From the NCBI GenBank assembly GCA_964521555.1, contig CAZFSU010000011.1, positions 18,219-82,218 of the forward strand: a DNA stretch of 64,000 bases, in the 5' to 3' direction. Positions 29,421 through 37,915 of the stretch are shown here, piece by piece. Position 1 is the first letter of the stretch. Every line of letters starts with the position of its first letter. The position numbers and the translations under genes are program-made. The stretch comes from an uncultured Jutongia sp. (GTDB lineage: Bacteria > Bacillota > Clostridia > Lachnospirales > Lachnospiraceae). The notes under the pieces were generated by a model. That model saw only the letters and a list, made by a program, of their open reading frames with translations. It searched no databases and was not told the DNA's origin.

Positions 29421-30692
29421 ATGAGGTGTGAAATTATAAAGGATTTAATGCCAAGTTATCTGGACGGAATATGCAGCGAAGAGTCTAAAAAGGCAGTGGA
29501 AGAGCATATAGAACAATGTAATTCCTGCCAGAATGTATTATCTGGAATGAGAGGGGAGGGGATTGATCAAGCGGAGGAACCTATGTCGGAACAAGAGCAG
29601 GAAGAAAAACAGGCAGAACAGGAGGATATTGCGATCCTTCGGACCATGAAGAAGGTTGTGTGGCGCAGAGTGTTTGGAATGGTGGCAGGTATCGTGGTGG
29701 CATTATTGGCCATTGTGATATTGATTTCACAGATGCATCCGGAGTGGTGTTTCCTGAATTTAGAACATTTCATGATGAAGCAAACGGCAAAAGAGGCTAC
29801 AGAGGCTTTCGTGGAGGGAGATATTGAAAAATTTCTGAGAGGGATTCAGGGAAATGTGAAAACCGGTTTGAAGGTTAGTGAGGACCAACATACAGCGGCA
29901 TATCAATTAACAAAAAAACAGATACAGAAGATTTATGAAAACGAGTTAAAAGGAAAAAAGGTGACGATGGAATCGCTTGATGCCACTTGGACCGACTACA
30001 GTTATGATGGGGATGACTTTGAAGACGAGGTGGGGACCTATGAGGTATGTGTTTCTTTAACATGGAAAACACAGGTGGTCGAGCTTCGGTATGATTTTTT
30101 GGATCGGGATACCTATGTGGTGGATTTCATGCTTTATGAGGAGGGGGATCTGGCCAGAGAGGGTTTGGAGGCTGCCTGTCAGTCCATTGGCGATTGGTGT
30201 GAATATCTACAAAACGATATTTTTTCCACTGACGCATCCTATTTTAACAATTTATCAAATTTCTTTAACGATTTGACCAATGTGGAAGACGGGAAGCAAC
30301 AGAATCGAACGGAAGAGATCATAAAGGCAACTTTTGGTATGTTGTTTACCGAGGATTGCTTTGGTGACAGTGGATTGCATTATTATTCTGATTACCATAG
30401 GTCGGGATATCCGGAGTGGGTCCGGCGCCAGGGGGAAAACTATTATGTATTTTTACAAAATCATAAGGTAGAAAACCTCTGGGTAGAGGAAGAGGGCAGA
30501 GATGAGGCCACCGGTAAGGAGATTCGGACTATGATATGGGAATTTGAGGATCTTCAGGGCAACTCCGGTATGATGCTGAAAAAATTCTACTATGGTCCGG
30601 GTGGATACGAGCCGGTGGATGGCCAGCAAGAGATCTATGGCCAGAATCTACAACCGGATACTATCCGGCAGTTACAGGCATTATTTGAATAA
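29421..30692 (+). CDS. Anti-sigma factor (zf-HC2) with an unassigned extracytoplasmic domain
   Basis: 'CSEESKKAVEEHIEQCNSC' zinc-finger pattern, one TM helix ('VAGIVVALLAIVILI') and about 320 aa outside. It abuts the sigma gene stop. Confidence 0.75.
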   Translation: MRCEIIKDLMPSYLDGICSEESKKAVEEHIEQCNSCQNVLSGMRGEGIDQAEEPMSEQEQEEKQAEQEDIAILRTMKKVVWRRVFGMVAGIVVALLAIVILISQMHPEWCFLNLEHFMMKQTAKEATEAFVEGDIEKFLRGIQGNVKTGLKVSEDQHTAAYQLTKKQIQKIYENELKGKKVTMESLDATWTDYSYDGDDFEDEVGTYEVCVSLTWKTQVVELRYDFLDRDTYVVDFMLYEEGDLAREGLEAACQSIGDWCEYLQNDIFSTDASYFNNLSNFFNDLTNVEDGKQQNRTEEIIKATFGMLFTEDCFGDSGLHYYSDYHRSGYPEWVRRQGENYYVFLQNHKVENLWVEEEGRDEATGKEIRTMIWEFEDLQGNSGMMLKKFYYGPGGYEPVDGQQEIYGQNLQPDTIRQLQALFE

Positions 30693-30737
30693 CGTATCCG
30701 GTGACAGCGATGGAGGATTCAGAGCAGTTGCATCACA

Positions 30738-31208
30738 TCAATTTAACAGAGAAAGCAGTAGATTCAGATATCCATAAAAACTAATCCAGAGAAGATAAGG
30801 GATCAGGATGAGTCCGGCACTTTTTCGGATGACAAAAAAGCTTTGAATGGTCATCCAAAGAATAGCCCACATAAAAAGCAGCCAGATAAAAGAAAAAAAG
30901 AAAAAATGGAGCCGGAAGAAAAAAAGGAACCAGAAAAACAAGCTTGCTAACTGCAGATAATACAAAAATAGTGCTTCAAATCGGCTGTTGTGGGTGGTGT
31001 CCGCCTGATGGATGAGGTGAGAGGCGATACCCATAGAGACTGACAGGATCGCCCAGATCGTCAGGTACACCTTTGGCACTGGGGAAAGTGGAGGTTCGAT
31101 GAAATATTGAAATTCAGATATACCATTGCGGGAAAGGAACCAGGATAATCCGGCGAAAAAAAGTGGTAAGGCAATGCATTTGAAAAGTGACTTTGAGTTT
31201 GCCTTCAT
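30738..31208 (-). CDS. tspO: TspO/MBR family (tryptophan-rich sensory) protein
   Basis: 156 aa with 5 TM helices. 'YYLQLASLFFW' and 'LIPYLLWISFYGYLN' align to TspO. Confidence 0.75.
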   Translation of the reverse strand: MKANSKSLFKCIALPLFFAGLSWFLSRNGISEFQYFIEPPLSPVPKVYLTIWAILSVSMGIASHLIHQADTTHNSRFEALFLYYLQLASLFFWFLFFFRLHFFFFSFIWLLFMWAILWMTIQSFFVIRKSAGLILIPYLLWISFYGYLNLLLSLLN

Positions 31209-31346
31209 ATGAGATACCTCGAAAACCGATTTGTAATATCATATGATCTGGGACAGGAAGCTTATGACTATTTACATTTGCAAGGGGAAATACTACAATA
31301 GAAGCATGATCAGGAAGCATGATAAGATATTACAAGGAGGTTTGGT

Positions 31347-31700
31347 ATGGTTCGCAGAAAGGAAGAGATTCGTATCCGAACAGTGAAAGAAGCATTGGGA
31401 GGCAAAGGCGAGGTGTATTTTTATGACTGGTTATTGCCGGAGGAAGCACCCGGGCATGGCAGAGTCTTTAGCAAGTTGGTGATTCCACCCGGGGCATCCA
31501 TCGGGTTTCATGAACATCATGGAGAGTTTGAGGCCTTTTATGTGATGGAAGGGGTTGCGACGGTGACAGACGGTACACAGGTGACAGAACTGTATCCGGG
31601 GGATATGACGATGTGTCCGGAAGGTGCCGGTCATGGAACGGAAAATCGCGGAGACCAGGATTTGGTACTGATGGCACTGATTATGAATTCATTGGATTAA
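31347..31700 (+). CDS. Cupin domain protein
   Basis: 'GFHEHHGEFEAFYVMEG ... PEGAGHGTEN' cupin motifs 1 and 2. Confidence 0.8.
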   Translation: MVRRKEEIRIRTVKEALGGKGEVYFYDWLLPEEAPGHGRVFSKLVIPPGASIGFHEHHGEFEAFYVMEGVATVTDGTQVTELYPGDMTMCPEGAGHGTENRGDQDLVLMALIMNSLD

Positions 31701-31735
31701 CCGAATGATATAAAGGATACAGAAATGAGGCTGAC

Positions 31736-32689
31736 ATGACAAAACAACACAATATAACGGAATCATTCATGCAGCGCACCCTGGTCGTATGGCTGGGAGC
31801 GCTGCTTTGCTGTGCGCTATGGGGAAGTGCATTTCCCAGTATCAAGATTGGCTATCAGATGTTTCAGATTACACCGGATGACACAGCGACACAGATTTTA
31901 TTTGCCGGTATGCGGTTTGCTTTAGCGGGAATTATTGCATTGATTTTAGGATCTGTTTTGCAAAGAAAGGTTCTCGTTCCCCAAAAAAAATCTATCGGTA
32001 AGATCCTGAAACTATCCATGTTGCAGACGGTGGGACAGTATATTTTCTTCTATATCGGACTGGCCAATACGACAGGAGTGAAGGCTTCGATTATAGAAGG
32101 AGTGAATGTTTTTCTGGCAATTTTGGTTGCGAGTCTGCTTTTTCGGCTGGAGACGTTGCATTGCAGGAAAGTGGCGGGGTGTGTCATTGGTTTCATCGGT
32201 GTGATTCTGGTGAACCTGTCAGGTAGTCAATTCGATCTCCATTTTCAATTTATAGGGGAAGGCTTTATTTTCCTATCAGCAGTGGCGTATGCTTTTTCCT
32301 CTGTGTTTTTGAAACGTTATTCGGAACAGGAAGATCCGGTGATTCTCAGTGGCTATCAATTTATCGCAGGTGGTGTGATCCTGATGCTCATAGGATTCTG
32401 TTTTGGTGGCAGAATCGCCCAACTGTCGGTGCCGGCAGCAGGAATGCTGCTATATCTGGCCTTGATTTCAGCGGTGGCATATTCACTATGGGGGATTTTA
32501 TTAAAATACAATCCGGTGTCCAGAGTGGCAGTGTTTGGGTTCATGAATCCGGTGTTTGGTGTACTGTTATCTGCCCTTTGGTTACGGGAGACGGATAGCA
32601 TTGGTGTTTTGAGTATTCTGGCATTGGTTTTGGTTTGTATCGGAATCTATGTGGTGAATCGGGAGTCTGGTACGACAGCGTCAATTTGA
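31736..32689 (+). CDS. DMT superfamily (EamA) transporter
   Basis: 317 aa, about 10 TM helices with a two-fold EamA repeat pattern. Confidence 0.8.
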   Translation: MTKQHNITESFMQRTLVVWLGALLCCALWGSAFPSIKIGYQMFQITPDDTATQILFAGMRFALAGIIALILGSVLQRKVLVPQKKSIGKILKLSMLQTVGQYIFFYIGLANTTGVKASIIEGVNVFLAILVASLLFRLETLHCRKVAGCVIGFIGVILVNLSGSQFDLHFQFIGEGFIFLSAVAYAFSSVFLKRYSEQEDPVILSGYQFIAGGVILMLIGFCFGGRIAQLSVPAAGMLLYLALISAVAYSLWGILLKYNPVSRVAVFGFMNPVFGVLLSALWLRETDSIGVLSILALVLVCIGIYVVNRESGTTASI

Positions 32690-32714
32690 ACCATGTTTGG
32701 TCATGGCTGGTACG

Positions 32715-32771
32715 AAAAAAGGTGTTGCCGCATCACAGAATGAAAGTCGTCTGTGGGGCAACACCTTTTTT
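32715..32771. terminator. Bidirectional terminator between convergent genes
   Basis: AAAAAAGGTGTTGCC ... GGCAACACCTTTTTT with an inner CACAGA/TCTGTG stem. Confidence 0.8.
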
Positions 32772-32799
32772 CCGGTACACAACAGGTTGACCTATGCCT

Positions 32800-34212
32800 T
32801 TATTCTCGTCCATTCCAGCAGTAGGTGCATAATTTTTCCGGTGGGATTCCCACCGCAGAAAGCATATCATCCAGTCGGTTATAGCGCAGAGAGGTAAAGT
32901 TCAGTTCTTTTCGGATTTCTTCAATCATCTGCTCATATTTCTCGCTGTTGGGATCGGTGTACTCCTGTAATACTTCGTCAGAGACATCTTCGGTTCCTTC
33001 CAGTTTTGCGATGACCCGTCGTGTGATCAGATCCATATCGGAAGAGGAACGGGAAAAGTTTAAGTATTTACAGCCATATACCAGTGGTGGGCAGGCGGGA
33101 CGGATATGCACTTCTTTTGCGCCACTATTGTATAGAAATTCCGTAGTCTCCCGGAGCTGAGTTCCGCGAACGATGGAATCATCAATCAACAACATACGCT
33201 TGTCCTTGATCAGATCGTGTACAGCGATTAATTTCATCTTGGCGATCAAATTACGCTGGCTCTGGATGGTGGGCATAAAGGAGCGTGGCCAGGTTGGAGT
33301 GTATTTAATAAAAGGACGGGAGAATGGGATGCCGGACTCGTTAGAATATCCTACGGCATGGGCGGTACCGGAATCTGGTACACCGGCTACGATATCGGCC
33401 GTCACATTATCCCGTTTAGCGATGCAGGCACCACAGTTATAGCGCATCTGTTCAACGCTCATTCCTTCGTAAGAACTGGAGGGATATCCATAGTATACCC
33501 ATAGAAATGTACAGATTTTCATGTCTTCTCCCGGAGTTACTAAGGTCTTGACTCCGTCCGCAGTAACCACATCAATTTCTCCGGGACCCAGTTCTTTGAA
33601 GTCAGAGTATCCCAGATTGCGATATGCAAAATCTTCAAACGTGAGACAAAATGCACCTTCTTTTTGGCCGATGACCATAGGAGTTCTGCCATATTTATCT
33701 CTGGCAGCATAGATCCCTTTTGGTGTCAATAACATCAAAGTAAGGGAACCGTCAATCAGTTCTAAAGCATATTGAATCCCTTCAATCAGATTTTCTTTCT
33801 GGTTAATGATGGCAGCCACTAATTCGGTGGCATTGATTTCACCACCACTCATCTCCAGGAAATGTGAGTTGCCATTGGCAAAGATATTTTCCACAATCTC
33901 ATCCGCATTATTGATCTTGCTGACGGTGGTGATGGCAAAAGTGCCATGATGGGAACGGACGATCAATGGCTGTGGTTCATAGTCAGAAATACAACCGATT
34001 CCCATCGTTCCTTTCATATCGTGAACATCTTTGTCAAATTTCGTGCGGAATGGTGAATTTTCAATATTGTGGATCGCACGGTCGAAACCGTTTTCCTCAT
34101 CATATACCACCATGCCCCCTCGTCTGGTTCCCAAGTGGGAATGATAGTCTGTTCCGAAGAACAGATCGAATACGCAGTCTTCCTTTGATACTACTCCAAA
34201 AAAGCCTCCCAT
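32800..34212 (-). CDS. Amidophosphoribosyltransferase-like protein lacking the Ntn Cys
   Basis: Starts 'MGGFFGVVS' behind GGAGG. The PRTase motif 'MLLIDDSIVRGTQL' is intact, but the glutaminase-domain catalytic residues are not recognisable. Confidence 0.8.
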   Translation of the reverse strand: MGGFFGVVSKEDCVFDLFFGTDYHSHLGTRRGGMVVYDEENGFDRAIHNIENSPFRTKFDKDVHDMKGTMGIGCISDYEPQPLIVRSHHGTFAITTVSKINNADEIVENIFANGNSHFLEMSGGEINATELVAAIINQKENLIEGIQYALELIDGSLTLMLLTPKGIYAARDKYGRTPMVIGQKEGAFCLTFEDFAYRNLGYSDFKELGPGEIDVVTADGVKTLVTPGEDMKICTFLWVYYGYPSSSYEGMSVEQMRYNCGACIAKRDNVTADIVAGVPDSGTAHAVGYSNESGIPFSRPFIKYTPTWPRSFMPTIQSQRNLIAKMKLIAVHDLIKDKRMLLIDDSIVRGTQLRETTEFLYNSGAKEVHIRPACPPLVYGCKYLNFSRSSSDMDLITRRVIAKLEGTEDVSDEVLQEYTDPNSEKYEQMIEEIRKELNFTSLRYNRLDDMLSAVGIPPEKLCTYCWNGRE

Positions 34213-34244
34213 AGTGTTTCCTCCATTTTTCATGTTGTTATATT

Positions 34245-34272
34245 AAAAGTCAGACGGTATTGTCTGATTTTT
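34245..34272 (-). terminator. Intrinsic terminator of the PAS-CPBP gene
   Basis: TCAGAC / GTCTGA stem flanked by A and T runs, lying between two minus-strand genes. Confidence 0.5.
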
Positions 34273-34330
34273 TGCTATATAGTCATTGTACCCAAAGTAG
34301 TGGTAGTTTTGTCATATGTTGATGTGTTTT

Positions 34331-35380
34331 TCAGAAAAACAAACACATGGCCAGATACCCCACACTCCAGTGTAAAAAGGCACAACCCCAGATGGTTTTT
34401 TGCTGTTCAAACAGGATACCCAATGCGATACTGAGTATAAAGGCACCTAACATAAAGATAAAACCAAACGGTAAATGCATCAGCATAAATAATAAAGAAG
34501 TTAAAACAATGCCGGAAATGGTTTGAAATCTTACATGCATCAGGTGTTTGACACTGGTCTGTATCACACCTCTTGCCAGAAATTCCTGCAAAAAGGCAGT
34601 GAAAATATATACATAAGCTCCGCTGGTGGAACCGCCAATAAAGTATTGCTTGATCGGAAATCCCAGTAATAGCATGACTTCTTTTGTTATGACCAACACT
34701 CCACAGGCAAGTAATGCGATTAGTATTGTCTGTTTCATATTTGTCAGAATCTGTGATTTTCTTGGAATGATTCCCACATCTTTCAGAGAAAAGCTGGTGA
34801 AAAAGACAATTTCCAGAAATAGCAGTAACGTGATTCCCTCGATCATTTTGGTATAATCCGAAGTACCCAGAGGTAGTTTCAGGGTAAATTTCAGCAGGCT
34901 CCAGATGGAGAGATATATGCTGATACAGGTTATGATCCCGGCGAAAATCAAAGCACAGTCCCGTTCGTGTGTTTTGAGCATATAGGCATCTGTGACATCT
35001 TCAATCAATAGAATCATGCCTGGAAAGCATTCTTTGTCGGTGGTATTTTCACCAGGTGCCAGGGGACTGATCTCTATATTGAAATATTTCAAATCAGACC
35101 CGGTATAATATTTTACGGTTTTGCGTGGAGTCGATACATTTTTCTTCTGACACGACTCAAACAGACGGTTGAATTCCCGGTTCTTTTTGTTATTTAAGAT
35201 GGTTTCCCGAAATGATTTTCCTAATAGTGCTGGTTCATCCATTTCTAATATTTCAGCACAGGCGGCATTGAGATAAGTAACTTTTCCCTGGGCATTTACT
35301 GTGATAATACCATCGCTCATATTAGCAAAGATCATATTTTTCTGATCGTTGGATAGTGTATCCTGTATCAAATCACTCAT
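34331..35380 (-). CDS. PAS domain / CPBP (Abi, CAAX-protease-like) intramembrane domain fusion
   Basis: 349 aa from ATG 35380 behind AGGAGGA. PAS-like N-terminus ('DGIITVNAQGKVTYLNAACAEILEM'), multiple TM helices, and 'QEFLARG', 'FMLMH' and 'HWSVG' motifs. Confidence 0.75.
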   Translation of the reverse strand: MSDLIQDTLSNDQKNMIFANMSDGIITVNAQGKVTYLNAACAEILEMDEPALLGKSFRETILNNKKNREFNRLFESCQKKNVSTPRKTVKYYTGSDLKYFNIEISPLAPGENTTDKECFPGMILLIEDVTDAYMLKTHERDCALIFAGIITCISIYLSIWSLLKFTLKLPLGTSDYTKMIEGITLLLFLEIVFFTSFSLKDVGIIPRKSQILTNMKQTILIALLACGVLVITKEVMLLLGFPIKQYFIGGSTSGAYVYIFTAFLQEFLARGVIQTSVKHLMHVRFQTISGIVLTSLLFMLMHLPFGFIFMLGAFILSIALGILFEQQKTIWGCAFLHWSVGYLAMCLFF

Positions 35381-35523
35381 GGGGATATCCTCCTGAAGAC
35401 AGTTCAGTGTGAACTGAGATTCTCTCCTTTCTATTATAGTCATTCTGAACAAAAAGTAAAATACTTGTGCCAAAGTTTTTGATATGCTATGCTTACCATA
35501 GTACGAAAAAGAAGGGATCGAAG

Positions 35524-36204
35524 ATGGCAAAGAAATTTTATGCAGTAAAGCAGGGACGGATACCGGGTGTATATCAGACCTGGGGAGAATGCAAGGCACA
35601 GGTGGATGGATATTCTGGTGCAGTATATAAAAGTTTTCCGACGGCAGGGGAAGCACTGGCGTTTGTAACCGGAGTGGTACAGAGGGCAGACGGACAGGGG
35701 AAGGCTGAATCTCAGGAAAAGGACGGGATGACGGGACGATCTCAGGCGGATGCCATGACCAAATTGGTTGACGGCGCACAAGGCGATCTGACGGCTTATG
35801 TGGATGGCAGTTATCACAATGTGACGAAAGAATTTTCATATGGGGTGGTGATCCTGCTGGGAGACGAAGAATATTGCTTTTATGAGAAGCTTTCGGACCC
35901 TGAACTGGCCGGGATGCGTAATGTGGCAGGAGAGATTAAAGGGGCAGAAGCTGCCATGCGTTATGCTTTGGAGCATGGCTATAACAAGATTACGATTTAT
36001 CATGATTATGAGGGGATTGCCAGATGGTGTACCGGTGATTGGAAGGCGAATAAACCGGGAACACAGGCATATAAGGCATATTATGACAGTATTTGTGACC
36101 GGGTGCAGGTTTCGTTTGAAAAAGTAAAGGGGCATTCCGGCGATAAATATAATGATATGGCGGATCATTTGGCAAAACAGGCATTAGGGATTCAATCATG
36201 TTAG
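35524..36204 (+). CDS. Ribonuclease H1 with an N-terminal hybrid-binding domain
   Basis: 'KFYAVKQGRIPGVYQTWGECKAQVDGYSGAVYKSF' (RNase H1 N-domain), then 'AYVDGS', 'AGEIKG', 'YHDYEG' and 'NDMADHLAK' acidic residues. Confidence 0.85.
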   Translation: MAKKFYAVKQGRIPGVYQTWGECKAQVDGYSGAVYKSFPTAGEALAFVTGVVQRADGQGKAESQEKDGMTGRSQADAMTKLVDGAQGDLTAYVDGSYHNVTKEFSYGVVILLGDEEYCFYEKLSDPELAGMRNVAGEIKGAEAAMRYALEHGYNKITIYHDYEGIARWCTGDWKANKPGTQAYKAYYDSICDRVQVSFEKVKGHSGDKYNDMADHLAKQALGIQSC

Positions 36205-36216
36205 GAGAGACAGAAG

Positions 36217-37419
36217 ATGCAAGAGGCAATCGTTACATTAAAAAAAGGTGAAGGGCGTTTATTAAAAAGTGGTGGATTATGGATCTATGATAATGAGATC
36301 GCTTCTGTGATGGGAAGCTATGCCGATGGTGATATTGTGCATGTGCATGATTTTGACGGATATCCGATAGGAAAAGGGTATATCAACTCTCAATCCAAGA
36401 TACGTATCCGTATGATGACCAGACTGGCAGACCAGGAAATTGATGAGGACTTTCTGCGTATGCGTTTACAAGATGCATGGGATTATCGCAAAAGGACTGT
36501 GGATACCTCCAGTTGCCGAGTGGTGTTTGGGGAGGCCGATTTTTTGCCGGGCATCGTGATTGATAAATTTTCGGATGTGTTGGTGGTACAGTCACTGGCG
36601 CTGGGGATTGACCGCTACAAGGAGATGTTGGTACATCTGTTAAAGGATATTCTGGCAGAAGATGGAATCCTGATTCGTGGTGTCTATGAACGCAGTGATG
36701 CAAAGGTGCGGACACAGGAGGGGATGGAGCGTGTGAAAGGTTTCATCGGGGAACCTTTTGATACGCAGGTCGAGATCGTAGAAAATGGTGTGAAGTATTA
36801 TGTGGATATCGTGGATGGTCAAAAGACAGGATTCTTTTTGGATCAAAAATACAACCGCAGGGCAATCCGTGGTTTATGCCAGGGGGCGAAGGTGCTGGAT
36901 TGTTTTACCCATACCGGATCTTTTGCCTTGAATGCAGGACAGGCAGGAGCCAGATCAGTCTTGGGGCTGGATGCGTCAGAACTGGCAGTGGAACAGGCCA
37001 GGCGCAATGCTGAATTGAATGCATTATCGGATATAGTACAGTTTGAATGTGTGGATGTATTTGATAAATTGCCTGCGTTAGAACAGGCGGGTGAGCGGTT
37101 TGACGTGGTGATCTTAGATCCTCCGGCCTTTACGAAGTCCAGAAATTCCATCAAAAATGCGGTAAAAGGATACCGGGAAATTAATATGCGGGGGATGAAG
37201 CTGGTGAAAGATGGCGGCTATCTCGCCACCTGTTCCTGCTCTCATTTCATGGATTATGAACTTTTTACCAAAACCATTGGTCAGGCGGCGAAAAGTGCCC
37301 ATAAGAGACTGCGTCAGGTGGAATTTCGCACGCAGGCACCGGATCATCCAATCCTGTGGGCAGCAGGGGAAAGTTACTATTTGAAATTTTATATTTTTCA
37401 GGTGTGTGAGGAAAAGTAG
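36217..37419 (+). CDS. rlmI: Class I SAM-dependent rRNA methyltransferase (RlmI-like, PUA domain)
   Basis: PUA-like N-terminus, 'VLDCFTHTGSFAL' and 'VILDPPAF'. Confidence 0.75.
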   Translation: MQEAIVTLKKGEGRLLKSGGLWIYDNEIASVMGSYADGDIVHVHDFDGYPIGKGYINSQSKIRIRMMTRLADQEIDEDFLRMRLQDAWDYRKRTVDTSSCRVVFGEADFLPGIVIDKFSDVLVVQSLALGIDRYKEMLVHLLKDILAEDGILIRGVYERSDAKVRTQEGMERVKGFIGEPFDTQVEIVENGVKYYVDIVDGQKTGFFLDQKYNRRAIRGLCQGAKVLDCFTHTGSFALNAGQAGARSVLGLDASELAVEQARRNAELNALSDIVQFECVDVFDKLPALEQAGERFDVVILDPPAFTKSRNSIKNAVKGYREINMRGMKLVKDGGYLATCSCSHFMDYELFTKTIGQAAKSAHKRLRQVEFRTQAPDHPILWAAGESYYLKFYIFQVCEEK

Positions 37420-37432
37420 GAGGTGAGATACT

Positions 37433-37882
37433 ATGAAGAAAACTTTGGAGACTCCCTGGGATATGACGTCGGAGATGTTCCAGAACGTTGTGAAAGCAGT
37501 TGCACATGTATATCCTATGATTGTCTTGGCTAACTTATCAAAAAATACGTATATCATGATTCAGAATGAAGGTTTTTTGTATCACAAAGTATTATCGTCC
37601 GGGTGTTATGATGATTTGATTGATGCCGGAGTGGAGAATATTCATGCAAATTACCAGTCCTTGTTTTTGAATTGTTTTTCCAGAGAAAATCTGATGAAAA
37701 ATTTTGACAAAGGCAAGACGGATGTATATGCGGAATTGTATCAAAGGGATACGGAAGGAAAGTTTCATTGGGTATCTACACATGCGATTCGTATCAAAGA
37801 TGAATCTGGAGATATCATACATATTTGTCTGAATCGAGTGTTGGATAATGTGGTGGAGAGCCGGTATAGTGATCGGAAATAG
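37433..37882 (+). CDS. Stand-alone PAS-like protein, function unknown
   Basis: 149 aa with AGGAGG RBS. 'ELYQRDTEGKFHWVSTHAIRIKDESGDIIHI' resembles the PAS beta-sheet core. Confidence 0.4.
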   Translation: MKKTLETPWDMTSEMFQNVVKAVAHVYPMIVLANLSKNTYIMIQNEGFLYHKVLSSGCYDDLIDAGVENIHANYQSLFLNCFSRENLMKNFDKGKTDVYAELYQRDTEGKFHWVSTHAIRIKDESGDIIHICLNRVLDNVVESRYSDRK

Positions 37883-37915
37883 AAAGAGAGGGCTTACCTG
37901 AAAGCCCTCTCTTTT
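37883..37915. terminator. Bidirectional intrinsic terminator
   Basis: 13-bp stem AAAGAGAGGGCTT / AAGCCCTCTCTTT with a 6-nt loop and a T-run. Confidence 0.85.

Noticed and set aside
30840-30960. Several A6-A8 homopolymer tracts inside the TspO gene, as possible phase-variation sites
   Set aside because: They are the reverse complement of TTT/TTC codons that encode a poly-Phe transmembrane stretch. The tracts are short and the frame is intact.
35381-35839. Long (502-aa) version of the PAS-CPBP ORF extending another 153 codons upstream
   Set aside because: The extension is Pro/Ser/His-rich and runs through the promoter and 5' coding part of the divergent RNase H1 gene. The internal Met at 35380 has a perfect AGGAGGA RBS.
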